Source of the DNA: an uncultured bacterium
Lineage (GTDB): Bacteria > Zixibacteria > MSB-5A5 > GN15 > FEB-12
Reading direction: 5' to 3'
NCBI GenBank assembly: GCA_965372795.1
Contig: CBDVDR010000010.1
Coordinates: 32,001 to 96,000 of the forward strand
DNA length: 64,000 nt
In this document: positions 41,313 to 53,364 of the stretch, one piece after another
How the letters are laid out: each line of letters opens with the position of its first letter
How positions within the stretch are numbered: position 1 is the stretch's first letter
The notes under the pieces: generated by a model
What the model saw: the letters and a program-made list of their open reading frames with translations, nothing else
The model's database searches: none
Told to the model about the DNA's origin: nothing
Made by a program: the position numbers and the translations under genes

Positions 41313-42731
41313 TTAGTCCAGCTTTATAATTATTTTTTTTTCGAAAATTGAATAGCTGATATCTTGCCCGTCACTATATCTTTTTTTTAATTGATACTTT
41401 GATATAAATAGTTGGCTGTTATAAAATCCAGAAATGGGACTATTTTCTGAAACAACCACCCAATCAGGCTTATAATCATAAATTAATTGAACATAATTCC
41501 CTGACCGGTTGTATGGTACAGCACTGGGCGATACCAAACCGTCACGGTCCAGAATTATTTTACGTGAATAATAGCCAATATATCCGATATCCTCGGCGGC
41601 TATTTTTGCAGATTCATCAGCATGAGCATACAAATAATCCCCAATTTGTTTATGCACCGCTTCAAGGCTCTTCTGCTGGGTTTTATATGAGATAACCGTT
41701 GGCACGTTTCCGACCAATAACCCGCCAATCAATAATCCATAAAGCAGATTTTGTACTTTTTGTTTTTTAATAAATTCAAACCTATCTCGTAAATCAGCAA
41801 AGCCACCCCCGATAAAGAGAAAATAGATCGGATAAATCGGAACAATGTACCAGAAGAACAGATGAGTACGGCTGAAAGTAAAAAATAGAATCATCCCGAC
41901 CAGCCAGAGAATTTCTTTCTGACCAAAATTCTGCTTTTTGTTAAGCCAGATGGCTCCCCATATAACAAGTGGTAATAAAATCCAACCGGCCGGATTATGA
42001 AAAGCCATTAAATATTTAAAATGATCAAGAAATGACTCTCCCCCGATTTGGGTATATAGGGCAAGTTTCGCTGTTATTGTATGCGGAATTATCGAACCGA
42101 AATAAAATTGACAAAACGCAAACCAGGGCAATAATATCCCCGCCGGGATAGATAAATAACTCTTTACACAATGACGGTTTTTAAAACAGTTCACAAGTAA
42201 TATAATTATCAGAAGCAAAGCTCCTTCATAACGGCACAAAGTTGCCATCGTTGCCAGAGCTATCGCATAGAAATTCTTCGAACGAAATTGATAATAAAAT
42301 GAAGCCGTAATCAACATCGTAAATAAAGCGGTTTCCATCCCGCAACTATCACCGACTATCGAACGAGGCCATAAGATATAAAAGATAACCGGAACAAACG
42401 CCATTGAAGTCATCCGAAGCAGTAAAGAAAAACGATATATTATCATCGCTGTAATACCGGAGGCTGCCAGAGAAATCATCAATGATGCCTTTATAGGTAC
42501 AACCGTAAGAATATAGAACATGCTTAAAAGCAAAGTATATAACGGCGTCGAACTTCCAAATACCGGTTCAGCTTTGTTGTAAACAAAGCCCTCGCCCAAA
42601 GCAAGGTTTTCAGCATACCTAAAAGTTATAAAAGCATCATCAGCGGTAAAGTTTGTTAAAGCATGGAAAATAATCCGTACTGTTACCGCACAAAAAAAGA
42701 TGATAACTGTATTTCGATAGGTTGAAGTCAT
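41313..42731 (-). CDS. Polytopic membrane GT-C-fold glycosyltransferase-like protein
   Basis: DDAFITFRYAENL, GMET, RYEG, DIGYIGY; many TM helices. Confidence 0.7.
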   Translation of the reverse strand: MTSTYRNTVIIFFCAVTVRIIFHALTNFTADDAFITFRYAENLALGEGFVYNKAEPVFGSSTPLYTLLLSMFYILTVVPIKASLMISLAASGITAMIIYRFSLLLRMTSMAFVPVIFYILWPRSIVGDSCGMETALFTMLITASFYYQFRSKNFYAIALATMATLCRYEGALLLIIILLVNCFKNRHCVKSYLSIPAGILLPWFAFCQFYFGSIIPHTITAKLALYTQIGGESFLDHFKYLMAFHNPAGWILLPLVIWGAIWLNKKQNFGQKEILWLVGMILFFTFSRTHLFFWYIVPIYPIYFLFIGGGFADLRDRFEFIKKQKVQNLLYGLLIGGLLVGNVPTVISYKTQQKSLEAVHKQIGDYLYAHADESAKIAAEDIGYIGYYSRKIILDRDGLVSPSAVPYNRSGNYVQLIYDYKPDWVVVSENSPISGFYNSQLFISKYQLKKRYSDGQDISYSIFEKKIIIKLD

Positions 42732-42800
42732 ACTATAAAATACTTTTTTTTAATATCATATTCAAGAAAGATATTTCATGGAGATAATCATTATACCATA

Positions 42801-42827
42801 AAAAAACGGGGTAAATACCCCGTTTTT
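42801..42827 (-). terminator. Intrinsic terminator after symporter
   Basis: AAAAAACGGGGTA-AA-TACCCCGTTTTT. Confidence 0.8.
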
Positions 42828-42860
42828 ATCTCTAACAAAACATAAATTAAAATCGTTGAG

Positions 42861-44273
42861 CTATTTCATAACCTGTTTTTTTAAATCCTTAAACGGCACA
42901 TGCTCTCTTGAATAATATTCATTGGTCATTTTTTTCAGCATCCCCGATAAAGCAACAATAGCTATCAGATTTGGAATTGCCATAACACCAAGAGCTAAAT
43001 CTCCAAAGGTCCATACTGTTTCAAGTTCCATAATTGCGCCCACAAAAATCATAACACAAAACAGTAGGCGGTAAGGCACTACAACTTTATTCCCAAACAG
43101 ATATTGAATCGACCTGTCACCGTAATAAGACCAGGCGATCATAGTTGAAGTGGCAAATAAAAGCACGGCTGCCGTTACAATATAATTACCGCCTCCTCCC
43201 AAAAAGGGCAGACCCTGCTGGAAAGCATAAGCTGTCATTGGTGACCCGTTCAAGGTTTCCCCGTCAATAACAACTTTCCAGGCATCGGTCACAATAATTG
43301 CTAAACCGGTCAGAGTACAAATTGTCAGGGTATCAATATATGGTCCCATCATTGCCACGGTTCCTTCACGAACCGGCTCATCGGTTTTTGCGGCTGCATG
43401 AGCTATCGGCGCCGAACCCTGCCCCGCTTCATTTGAGAACAGACCTCGTTTTATACCCCAGATAAGCGTGAACATAAATGTCGAACCGGCAAATCCTCCG
43501 ATAGCACCCGGAGGAGTAAAAGCCATACTAAAAATATCACTGAATGCTTGAGGAATTCTTTCAAAATTATAAATTAGTACCGTCACGGCACCAAGCACAT
43601 ATATAACCGTCATGAATGGCGACAGAATTGCTGTAACCTTACCGATTCTCTTCACACCGCCTATAATAACCACTCCGACCAGTACCGAGATTACCAGACC
43701 GGTTATCCATACCGGAATTGCAAAATCTGTATGAAGTTGATCGGCTACGGTAAATGCCTGAATCGCATTACCGGTTGCTAAGGCACATAAAGATGCAGCC
43801 CCGGCAAAAACTATTCCAAGCCATTTCCACCCCAGAGCTTTCTCCATATAATACATCGGTCCACCTGATGATGAACCATCCGGATTAATTTTCCTATATT
43901 TCATTGAAAGAGTACATTCGGCATATTTCAAAGAGGTTCCCAAAATACCGGTTACCCACATCCAGAACAATGCCCCGGGTCCGCCATAATGAATAGCAGT
44001 AGCAACCCCGGCAATATTGCCAATACCGATTGTTGCTGAAAGTGCGGTTGATAACGCCTGAAAATGCGAGATATCACCTTCATGACTGGGATCATCAAAT
44101 TTTCCGCGGGTAATATCAATAGCATGTTTTATACGCCTGAGTTGTATCCAACCCAATCGAAGTGATATAAAAAGGCCGGTGCCTAAAAGTAAGGCTATCA
44201 TAGCGGGGAAAATATCGGGCCAGCCCCACACGAACGATGATAAAGTGTTTATTATTTCTTTGATGAATTCCAC
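42861..44273 (-). CDS. Sodium:alanine/glycine symporter (AGCS family)
   Basis: GIGNIAGVA, GGPGALFWMW, FSNEAGQGS, IDTLTICT. Confidence 0.95.
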   Translation of the reverse strand: MEFIKEIINTLSSFVWGWPDIFPAMIALLLGTGLFISLRLGWIQLRRIKHAIDITRGKFDDPSHEGDISHFQALSTALSATIGIGNIAGVATAIHYGGPGALFWMWVTGILGTSLKYAECTLSMKYRKINPDGSSSGGPMYYMEKALGWKWLGIVFAGAASLCALATGNAIQAFTVADQLHTDFAIPVWITGLVISVLVGVVIIGGVKRIGKVTAILSPFMTVIYVLGAVTVLIYNFERIPQAFSDIFSMAFTPPGAIGGFAGSTFMFTLIWGIKRGLFSNEAGQGSAPIAHAAAKTDEPVREGTVAMMGPYIDTLTICTLTGLAIIVTDAWKVVIDGETLNGSPMTAYAFQQGLPFLGGGGNYIVTAAVLLFATSTMIAWSYYGDRSIQYLFGNKVVVPYRLLFCVMIFVGAIMELETVWTFGDLALGVMAIPNLIAIVALSGMLKKMTNEYYSREHVPFKDLKKQVMK

Positions 44274-44490
44274 AATGCCTCACTATCTTTTTTAATATTT
44301 ATATACCTGATGGGTAATCACCAACATAAATAATTGCCCGCATTGAAAGTTTGTTTATCTAATAAGTACATTATTGTTTTTTACAATAATATATTGCCAT
44401 TCAATTACGCAAGAAAAAATTATTTTTAATTTTTTAAGATTGCTCTATTTTATTAGTTATCACAGACTTAACCACCTACCATCGAACGCC

Positions 44491-44518
44491 TTGACAAATT
44501 TAGATTTATCGGTATATT
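44491..44518 (+). promoter_or_regulatory. Sigma70-type promoter of M4 peptidase
   Basis: TTGACA-N16-TATATT. Confidence 0.55.
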
Positions 44519-44574
44519 ATTTTTTACAGCACTATTTTTTATAATTTTGAATTTAATAAAAGGGACGGTACTAA

Positions 44575-47500
44575 ATGGGTAATCATCTACGGGTTATTGT
44601 ATCTATTTTTCTATTAACTTTTTTTTATTCAAATCTATCACAAGCGGCAAGTTCTCCCGACGCACAGAATAAGTTGGTTGCAAAAGTCACTTATCGAAGC
44701 CATTGGAACACAGCCGAGACTATTTCTGGCGCTTATTATGTTACTGATAAACTTTCCAAACCGATGGCGGCGATTGAGTTTTTGACCTCCAAAAAAGATC
44801 TGCTCAAAATGCAAAGCCCGGTTGATGAATTAGAAGTAATAAATGAACTGACAGACAATTTGGGCAAGACCCACATCAAATTTAAGCAAATTTATCAAAA
44901 CCTTGAGATATTCGGCTGTCAGACCGTTGTTCATTTTGAAAATGACCAAATGATATACCTTGTCGCAGGTCAAACCGTGCCGACTCCGACAGTTTCTACT
45001 AACCCAACTATCACTTCATTCTCTGCATCTGAAACAGCCAAAAAATATTTGGATGATAAAAATATTCCCGATGATTCAAAAACCGAAACAAAACTGATGC
45101 TTTTCCCTCATGACGGTACAACCTATCTGGTTTACTTAGTTGATGTGCTCGGCAATGATACCCATATCATGAGACAAAAAGTATTCATTGATGCTCATTC
45201 CGGTGAAGTTATTCACGCTTATAACAATATGCAAAATGAAGGTCCGGCTATCGGTTCCGGTCCGGATGTTCATGGAACTGTTCGCTCCTTCGGTACCTAT
45301 GATATTGGCGGCACCTTTTACATGATTGATGCTTCTTTCCCAATGTACACTCCTCCGGTAGAAAACCACCAGGGTGTCATCACTACCAACATGGTTGGCT
45401 ATCCAAATTTAATGAATGATTTCAATAACGATAACTATTGGGATGATTTTTTTCTCCACCCGGAAGGTGTCTCAAGCCAGTACAATTTAGCTATAGCTTT
45501 TAATTACTTTTATGACAGATTCGGTCGAAACAGTTACGATGATTTAGGCGGCTCAATTCATGGCAGTGTCCATTATGTTGATCCCAATGGTGATGTCAAT
45601 AACGCCTTTTATGTCGGGGATGGTCAGATTCTATTTGGACCGGGTGAAGAACGCTACTATCTCCCCTGGTGTGGCTCGCTGGATGTTGTAACTCATGAAC
45701 TTGCCCACGGAGTAACAGCAACTACTGCCGGTTTGATTTATTCTTTTCAATCCGGTGCCCTCAATGAACATTACTCTGATTTTTTCGGTGCTATGTCAGA
45801 CCCTGAAGACTGGTTAATTGCAGAAGATATAAAATTAACATCTCCCGGATTTCTTAGAAATATGGCTGACCCACATCAAGGTGCGGTTCCTGATTACTTT
45901 GAATTCGGTTATCAGCCTGATCATATGGATGAATTTGTTGTCTGGCACGAAGATTCTGATAATGGAGCGGTCCATTTTAATTCAGGTATACCTAACAAAG
46001 CCTCTTATTTGACTGCCACCGAAATCGGAAATTACGCCACCGAAGAAATCTGGTATCGTACTCTTACAACTTATTTAACCCAGGGATCAAATTTCAATTT
46101 CTGGGGAAATATGACCATTCAATCAGCAATGGATCTATATGGTTTTCCAAGCCCTGAAGTTACTGCTGTACAAAATGCTCTTGACGCTGTTGGAATTACA
46201 AGTGTCTATGCTGAACAAGATGAAATCACTATGGGAGTATCTATTGGTGAAATTGCTGACACAAGTATTGTTATATTAAAAGGGTACTCAGATTCACTTA
46301 TTATTTTAAGCGCCAGTGCTGTCTTTGGCAGTGTTGAAATTTCAGGTACTTTTCCTGACACCCTTACCGAATCTGATCAGGGGTTAGTAACTTTTTCTTT
46401 TGATGCGACCATGCTTGAACTTTGCGATATGGGAGTATTTCAGGATACGATAGTAATAACTACTTCTGATCCAAGTGTCTCTGAAATAAAAATACTTATA
46501 ACAATTAATGTTGGTGGTGAGACTTCAGAATCAGATCGTGGAACAATTTGTCGAGCCGGAACATGCAATTATACCTATTGTGGAATCTTATTTTATAATA
46601 ATACCCAGATATCAAGATTCATGAGAAATGATTTAAATGGTCTGTTTAATGCTACCCTTATGATAGGTATTGTAGATGGAGTCGATACATCAATCTACCG
46701 TCAATTTGATATTGAAAACGGGTTTGCACCTACCAGTTTCATGAGGGATTCAGTAAATCAGCGAACCGGCTTCCATTCAATATATTCAGATATCGCAACT
46801 AATGATTCAAGAATACAAGGGACTCAGGAATATTTCTACAGATATGGTGAAGATTACTGTGGCGAATTTATCAGCCAATATAAACTTTACAATGTTTGTG
46901 ATACACCCCTGACAATTGTTACCGGAATTTATGCCGATTTTGATCCTAATGATAATGGGTATGATAACTTTGCCGGTATCATTGAAGAAGATAATATTAT
47001 TTATACTGTTAGCAACAATGGTCAAACTGCCGTGGGTCTTGCACCTCTTAACGGCATCGTTAGAAATCTTCGTACTATCAATAATCCAGACGTAATCTGG
47101 TATGACAAATTCCCATTTGGCCTTTGTTATAATGAAATGATGCAGACAACAAATACTATAGGAAGTTCATCCGACGATTGGTCATCAATTCTGACCTTTG
47201 AAACAACAACCCTCGCACCAGGTGATACTGTTGTATACCGGGCTGCCTGGTTGTATTCCTTGGCAGGTGTTAATGGATTATCAACTATCCTTCACAATAT
47301 TGATATGTTTGCGGATTCGGCTCTTCTTTTATTAGATATAAATAAAAATTTCAAACATTGTCTCACAGATAATATATATGATAATGATACAAGTTTTATT
47401 ATTAATTATGTCGTAGGTTACAACGGATCTAAATCATTCCCTTGGACAGCGACTCATAAATCAAACTGGATGCAATTAAGCTCTTATTCAGGAATGACTG

Positions 47501-48648
47501 ATGATATTGTTTCAATCTCCTATGATTTAACCGGTTTTGAACAGGGTAAATATTTTGATACTATCGTAGTAAGGTGCGATTCGGCTGTTAATCTTTTTCA
47601 AAATCTGGCTATTGAATTATGGGTGAATGACAGCTCTGGTAGAATTGAAGTCCCGGCAACTTTTTTACCTGAAATCCAGGATGGTATTGACATTGCTTTT
47701 GAAGGGGATACAATTATTGTTGATAATGGCTCTTATCCGGTGGCCCTCAGTGTTGATGAAAAAGCTGTTATCTTAAAATCAAAAAACGGACCCTCTGCAA
47801 CAACTCTTACTCCTGTTGCTAATTTATCTCCAGTAATAGATATTTATAAAAATCTAAACGGAATCATAGATATTTCAGGGTTTACTTTTTCAGGAACAAA
47901 TAGACATGCCACGATAAACATCGAAAGATCAAATTCTGTCTTTATAAGAAATAACATATTTACTAAAATTACTCATATTGGTCCGTCAAATAAATGGATG
48001 GTTAATTTTTATCTAAGTTCCGGAACGGCTGAAAACAATATATTCTATGACAATAACGCCCAGGGTATTCGTTCATACTTTTGGACTGTATCTATTTTGA
48101 ATAATACTTTTAACAAGAATATTTTTGGTGTAACAAGCAATACCTTGAATACAACTCTAAAAAATAATATTATTATAAATTCCAGTAGTTTTGGAATCAG
48201 TGGTTCTTTTACAGATATCGACTGTAACAATATTTGGAATAACACCGGTGGTGATTATGTAGATGGTGCGACACCGGGAGTAAATGATCTTTCGGCGAAT
48301 CCATACTTCTGCTACCCTGGTGCTTTGGATTACAGTATTGCTTCTTACTCAGTTTGTGCCCCGGAAAATAATGCCTGCAACATACTCATTGGTGCCGCCG
48401 AGGTTGGCAATTGTGATGTTCTCTGTGAAAACCGTGGTGATATCAACCATTCCGGAGGAACCATTCCGGTCGATATTTCTGATTTAACTCAATTTGTGGA
48501 ATATATGTTTGCAGGCGGTCCGGCACCAAATTCTTATGAAGAAGGCGATATTGATTCAAGCGGGGAACATAGTATCTCAGATCTTACCTTTTTGGTGGAC
48601 TTCCTTTTTGTAAACGGATCCGCCCCGCAACCATGTTCTATAAAGTAA
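44575..48648 (+). CDS. Secreted M4 (thermolysin) metallopeptidase with beta-helix region and C-terminal dockerin-like domain
   Basis: FTP/PepSY propeptide, NNAF, HELAH, GALNEHYSD, VHFNSG; beta-helix repeats; GDINH...DISDL x2. Confidence 0.92.
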   Translation: MGNHLRVIVSIFLLTFFYSNLSQAASSPDAQNKLVAKVTYRSHWNTAETISGAYYVTDKLSKPMAAIEFLTSKKDLLKMQSPVDELEVINELTDNLGKTHIKFKQIYQNLEIFGCQTVVHFENDQMIYLVAGQTVPTPTVSTNPTITSFSASETAKKYLDDKNIPDDSKTETKLMLFPHDGTTYLVYLVDVLGNDTHIMRQKVFIDAHSGEVIHAYNNMQNEGPAIGSGPDVHGTVRSFGTYDIGGTFYMIDASFPMYTPPVENHQGVITTNMVGYPNLMNDFNNDNYWDDFFLHPEGVSSQYNLAIAFNYFYDRFGRNSYDDLGGSIHGSVHYVDPNGDVNNAFYVGDGQILFGPGEERYYLPWCGSLDVVTHELAHGVTATTAGLIYSFQSGALNEHYSDFFGAMSDPEDWLIAEDIKLTSPGFLRNMADPHQGAVPDYFEFGYQPDHMDEFVVWHEDSDNGAVHFNSGIPNKASYLTATEIGNYATEEIWYRTLTTYLTQGSNFNFWGNMTIQSAMDLYGFPSPEVTAVQNALDAVGITSVYAEQDEITMGVSIGEIADTSIVILKGYSDSLIILSASAVFGSVEISGTFPDTLTESDQGLVTFSFDATMLELCDMGVFQDTIVITTSDPSVSEIKILITINVGGETSESDRGTICRAGTCNYTYCGILFYNNTQISRFMRNDLNGLFNATLMIGIVDGVDTSIYRQFDIENGFAPTSFMRDSVNQRTGFHSIYSDIATNDSRIQGTQEYFYRYGEDYCGEFISQYKLYNVCDTPLTIVTGIYADFDPNDNGYDNFAGIIEEDNIIYTVSNNGQTAVGLAPLNGIVRNLRTINNPDVIWYDKFPFGLCYNEMMQTTNTIGSSSDDWSSILTFETTTLAPGDTVVYRAAWLYSLAGVNGLSTILHNIDMFADSALLLLDINKNFKHCLTDNIYDNDTSFIINYVVGYNGSKSFPWTATHKSNWMQLSSYSGMTDDIVSISYDLTGFEQGKYFDTIVVRCDSAVNLFQNLAIELWVNDSSGRIEVPATFLPEIQDGIDIAFEGDTIIVDNGSYPVALSVDEKAVILKSKNGPSATTLTPVANLSPVIDIYKNLNGIIDISGFTFSGTNRHATINIERSNSVFIRNNIFTKITHIGPSNKWMVNFYLSSGTAENNIFYDNNAQGIRSYFWTVSILNNTFNKNIFGVTSNTLNTTLKNNIIINSSSFGISGSFTDIDCNNIWNNTGGDYVDGATPGVNDLSANPYFCYPGALDYSIASYSVCAPENNACNILIGAAEVGNCDVLCENRGDINHSGGTIPVDISDLTQFVEYMFAGGPAPNSYEEGDIDSSGEHSISDLTFLVDFLFVNGSAPQPCSIK

Positions 48649-48805
48649 ACAAGTTAATATCAGTATTGTTATAACACAGTTCGCAGATATTGCTTTGTAG
48701 TCGATTATTCTTGACAGGATTATCGACTGTGATGTATATTATATATAGATCACATATCTTGAATGACACCCAAAGCCCTTTATTTTTTTTATAGGAGGGA
48801 CTATA

Positions 48806-50170
48806 ATGAAAAGGTGTTATTTAAAAAAAACACTACTGCCGTTATTATTGATAATATTTATAATCACCTTAAGCGATCATCCGTCAATTAATAGCACAAC
48901 TTTTATATGTGGAGACATGGACAATAGTAATACTCCATTCAATATTTCAGATATCACCTATTTTGTAAACTGGCTTTTTCTAAACGGTGCTCCCCCCCTT
49001 CCTTTAGAAACAGCCGATTGTGACGGTGACGGATCGCTTACGATTTCTGATCTTACCTGTTTTATTGATTATCTATTTCGTAATGGTTCTGCCCCCGCCT
49101 GTCCGGTATACATACATGATGATATTATCGGAAGCTGTTTGGGTAACACCTGGGTTGCAGACTCAGGCAATACTGCACCCTCATTAGCTACAAGTTCAGG
49201 CTGTTTAACAAGCATGCCAATGGACACTTTTGAATATATGTATGCTGAATTCATTGGAAACAATCTGCATATCTACCATAACAATGCCTTCTATAATTGT
49301 TGTCTGGAATATCAAGTTGCTTTTGAACTCATACCACAATCAGATGGTTTACATATTATTGCTACGGAACAAGATTTTGGTCCACCTTGTGATTGTTTAT
49401 GTTTCTTCAATCTTGAATCAGTTGTTAACGATTTGGATATCAGTCAGGAATCAACTTTCTATATTACTTTAATAGGTCTTGAAGGAAATATCGTTGGAGT
49501 TGATACGGTTAAAATGGGACCTTATGGTTACATGTACTGTGAGGTTGAAAATAATAACATTAATATATATCATAATAATGCCCTTCTAAATTGCTGCCCT
49601 GATTTTTTTATGGATTATGAAATTAACGGTAACCAAATAACAGCAATCGAACGGGACACTCTTTATGCCTGTCATTGTCTTTGTAATTATAACTTAAAAT
49701 CGACCCTCTTCTATATGCCTCCCGGAGGCTATATTGTAACGCTTATAGGAGGTTCGTTTACTCCTTATGATGGTAAAGTGATAGGAGTTGACACAGTTAC
49801 AATTGGGGTTATTGGAGGTCCTTGCTCTTACAATGAATTCTCAGGGACAGCGATTATAACCTCAGTATCTCCTGCTCCTCCAGAAAGTTATAGTTGCAAC
49901 AACGGTGTTGTAGTTGAATATGATTTTATTCCAGATGACCCCAACGCCCCAAACAACTACTCATTTCCAAACTGGTCAGATAGTAGTCGGAATCTCAAAG
50001 TCGGAGGAGGTCTAAATCCATCAGCCAGTTGGGCGTTATCTCAGGGACTTACTGTTGGAAGTCTGCACCCTTGTAAGAGAATGGAAATTTACGAAGGCAC
50101 CTGTACCCCGGTTATTTTTGAACTGCTTGATGTAGACTATATCTCATATGTTGACGATTGTTTTGATTAA
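48806..50170 (+). CDS. Secreted Cys-rich protein with N-terminal dockerin-like domain
   Basis: CGDMD...NISDITY / DCDGDGSLTISDL; duplicated HNNA..NCC...CxCLC units. Confidence 0.7.
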   Translation: MKRCYLKKTLLPLLLIIFIITLSDHPSINSTTFICGDMDNSNTPFNISDITYFVNWLFLNGAPPLPLETADCDGDGSLTISDLTCFIDYLFRNGSAPACPVYIHDDIIGSCLGNTWVADSGNTAPSLATSSGCLTSMPMDTFEYMYAEFIGNNLHIYHNNAFYNCCLEYQVAFELIPQSDGLHIIATEQDFGPPCDCLCFFNLESVVNDLDISQESTFYITLIGLEGNIVGVDTVKMGPYGYMYCEVENNNINIYHNNALLNCCPDFFMDYEINGNQITAIERDTLYACHCLCNYNLKSTLFYMPPGGYIVTLIGGSFTPYDGKVIGVDTVTIGVIGGPCSYNEFSGTAIITSVSPAPPESYSCNNGVVVEYDFIPDDPNAPNNYSFPNWSDSSRNLKVGGGLNPSASWALSQGLTVGSLHPCKRMEIYEGTCTPVIFELLDVDYISYVDDCFD

Positions 50171-50171
50171 T

Positions 50172-50198
50172 AAAAAAAGGAGCCGTCGAAGCGGCTCC
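50172..50198. terminator. Hairpin terminator candidate
   Basis: AGGAGCCG-TCGAAG-CGGCTCCT after A-tract. Confidence 0.55.
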
Positions 50199-50399
50199 TA
50201 AGCCAGATAACTTTTAATCCACTGGCTAATCGAATATCTTTTGGTAACAAATATCTTTGTTTCACTAAATTATACTACAAATTTCATGCCACTCTCAAAT
50301 TACACTTTTTTAAGTATTTTACAGCACTTTAACATACACCACGACCATTACTCTATTGGATTCCCCCTATACTTATAGGATTAAGTCCATAAAAATTAA

Positions 50400-51764
<1,365 letters not shown>

Positions 51765-51779
51765 AATCACTGCACTAAT

Positions 51780-51811
51780 AAAAAAAGCAGGCATCTTGCC
51801 TGCTTTTTTTT
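51780..51811. terminator. Bidirectional intrinsic terminator
   Basis: AAAAAAAGCAGGCA-TCT-TGCCTGCTTTTTTTT. Confidence 0.9.
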
Positions 51812-51841
51812 ATTCAAATCAAATTAAACTGTCGATACCAC

Positions 51842-52282
51842 TCACTTCGGGGCTTTGGAAGGATCAAAATCGGCAACGTTTGTTGCAAAGGCCCACTGGT
51901 GACCTTCAGGACATTCCATATGACACATCCTATCGCCCCAGAACTGATCAGTCGGTTCGCAATGAGGTGATGCTCCTGCAGTTTTTGCCTTTTCAAAAAA
52001 CTCATCGACATTATCAACATACAGAAACATTGATACCGGAGAGCCACCCAATGATTTTGGAGATTTGCTATTTTGTTCTAAATTTTCCGTACCCATCATG
52101 ATAACAGTATTCTTATGCGTCATCTCGGCGTGCATAAAATTCCCTTTTTCATCAGGCAATGTTAATCGGGTTTCAAATCCGAAAGCTTTTTCATAAAATT
52201 CAATCGACTTTTTAAGATCTTTAACAATTATATAGGCGTTTACCCATCCCATTCCTTCAGGTTTAGCTGGTCTGTCTGACAT
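51842..52282 (-). CDS. VOC/glyoxalase (PhnB-like) protein
   Basis: IEFYEKAFG, HAEM, DQFWGDR, PEGHQW. Confidence 0.9.
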   Translation of the reverse strand: MSDRPAKPEGMGWVNAYIIVKDLKKSIEFYEKAFGFETRLTLPDEKGNFMHAEMTHKNTVIMMGTENLEQNSKSPKSLGGSPVSMFLYVDNVDEFFEKAKTAGASPHCEPTDQFWGDRMCHMECPEGHQWAFATNVADFDPSKAPK

Positions 52283-52416
52283 TTTATTCTCCTATTTAAT
52301 GGATTTGTTTTTCTCTATGTATTCTCTAAACGAAAAGTAAGGATAAATGTTTTGGTTTTATATCACAAATTCCGATTATATTTGCCAATGTGATACAACT
52401 CAATTCTGAAGTAGAG

Positions 52417-53169
52417 TTAAATAATTGGCAAGATAGTATTGGGGTCGAATTTCTTTTTGATCTTCCGTGAATAAACCGCATCGGTCTCAAGATTTTTCTC
52501 ATCCAGCCCCGCAAGAAAATTACCTCGATCAATTTCATTCTGGCGCATTGATTCAAACTCATGTTCGGCTGTTACCGGCATCACTCGAAAAGTCGCGGAC
52601 ACGATCAATCCCAACAGACCCCACGATCCGGCAAAAATTTTGACTATATCATACCCCGATACCGATTTAAAACAGGTCGACCCGGGAGTAATTATCTCAC
52701 CATCCGGCGTCACAATTTCCGCCTGGATAAAATATTTTTTTAAAGGAAAATCCTGATCGTGATAAACAGTTGTCAACCCGACCGCTAATGCCCCGCCGAC
52801 CGAACCGACATAGGCAAGATTTGATTGCGGCAAAAAGAGATTGGCTCTTTTTATTTTTTTATTTATCTCTTTTAAGGGAAACCCTCCCCCGACTTTGACA
52901 TAATAATCATCCGGGGCAGTTTCGATCAATTTATTCAACCGATCTGTCCGTACTGAAATCATATTGACAAACGGTTCATCAATCGGATCAATATTATTTC
53001 CAAATCCGGTTATAAATAATTTCTGGGCGTGTTGATTGGCAAGTTTGAATAACTTTGAAGTCTCTTCGGCATTCTCAGGATGAAAGGTAGCGATGGTTTT
53101 TTGAAAGGTCAGCCGGTCATCAGGGAACTCGCTTCTGATTATATCCAGAAATTTATTTATATCAGTCAT
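52417..53169 (-). CDS. FAD-binding oxidoreductase (GlcD/GlcE-like, FAD_binding_4)
   Basis: GSVGGALA, KSVSGYDI, GSWGLLGLI, KFDPNTIL. Confidence 0.85.
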   Translation of the reverse strand: MTDINKFLDIIRSEFPDDRLTFQKTIATFHPENAEETSKLFKLANQHAQKLFITGFGNNIDPIDEPFVNMISVRTDRLNKLIETAPDDYYVKVGGGFPLKEINKKIKRANLFLPQSNLAYVGSVGGALAVGLTTVYHDQDFPLKKYFIQAEIVTPDGEIITPGSTCFKSVSGYDIVKIFAGSWGLLGLIVSATFRVMPVTAEHEFESMRQNEIDRGNFLAGLDEKNLETDAVYSRKIKKKFDPNTILPII

Positions 53170-53364
53170 GTCGTGAAGATATAACTGTCAATCGTTTCTG
53201 TCAACTGCGGATTTTCGGTGGATTTTACAAATCCGAAAACATAATTCAAATATTTATATTAAAAAATTCAAAATACTTAAACTAATCGAATATCAAAATT
53301 TGTCGATTAATAAATTAGGGTTTAAAAAAATAATAATAGAGCACAAATATGGTTTGGATACTTA

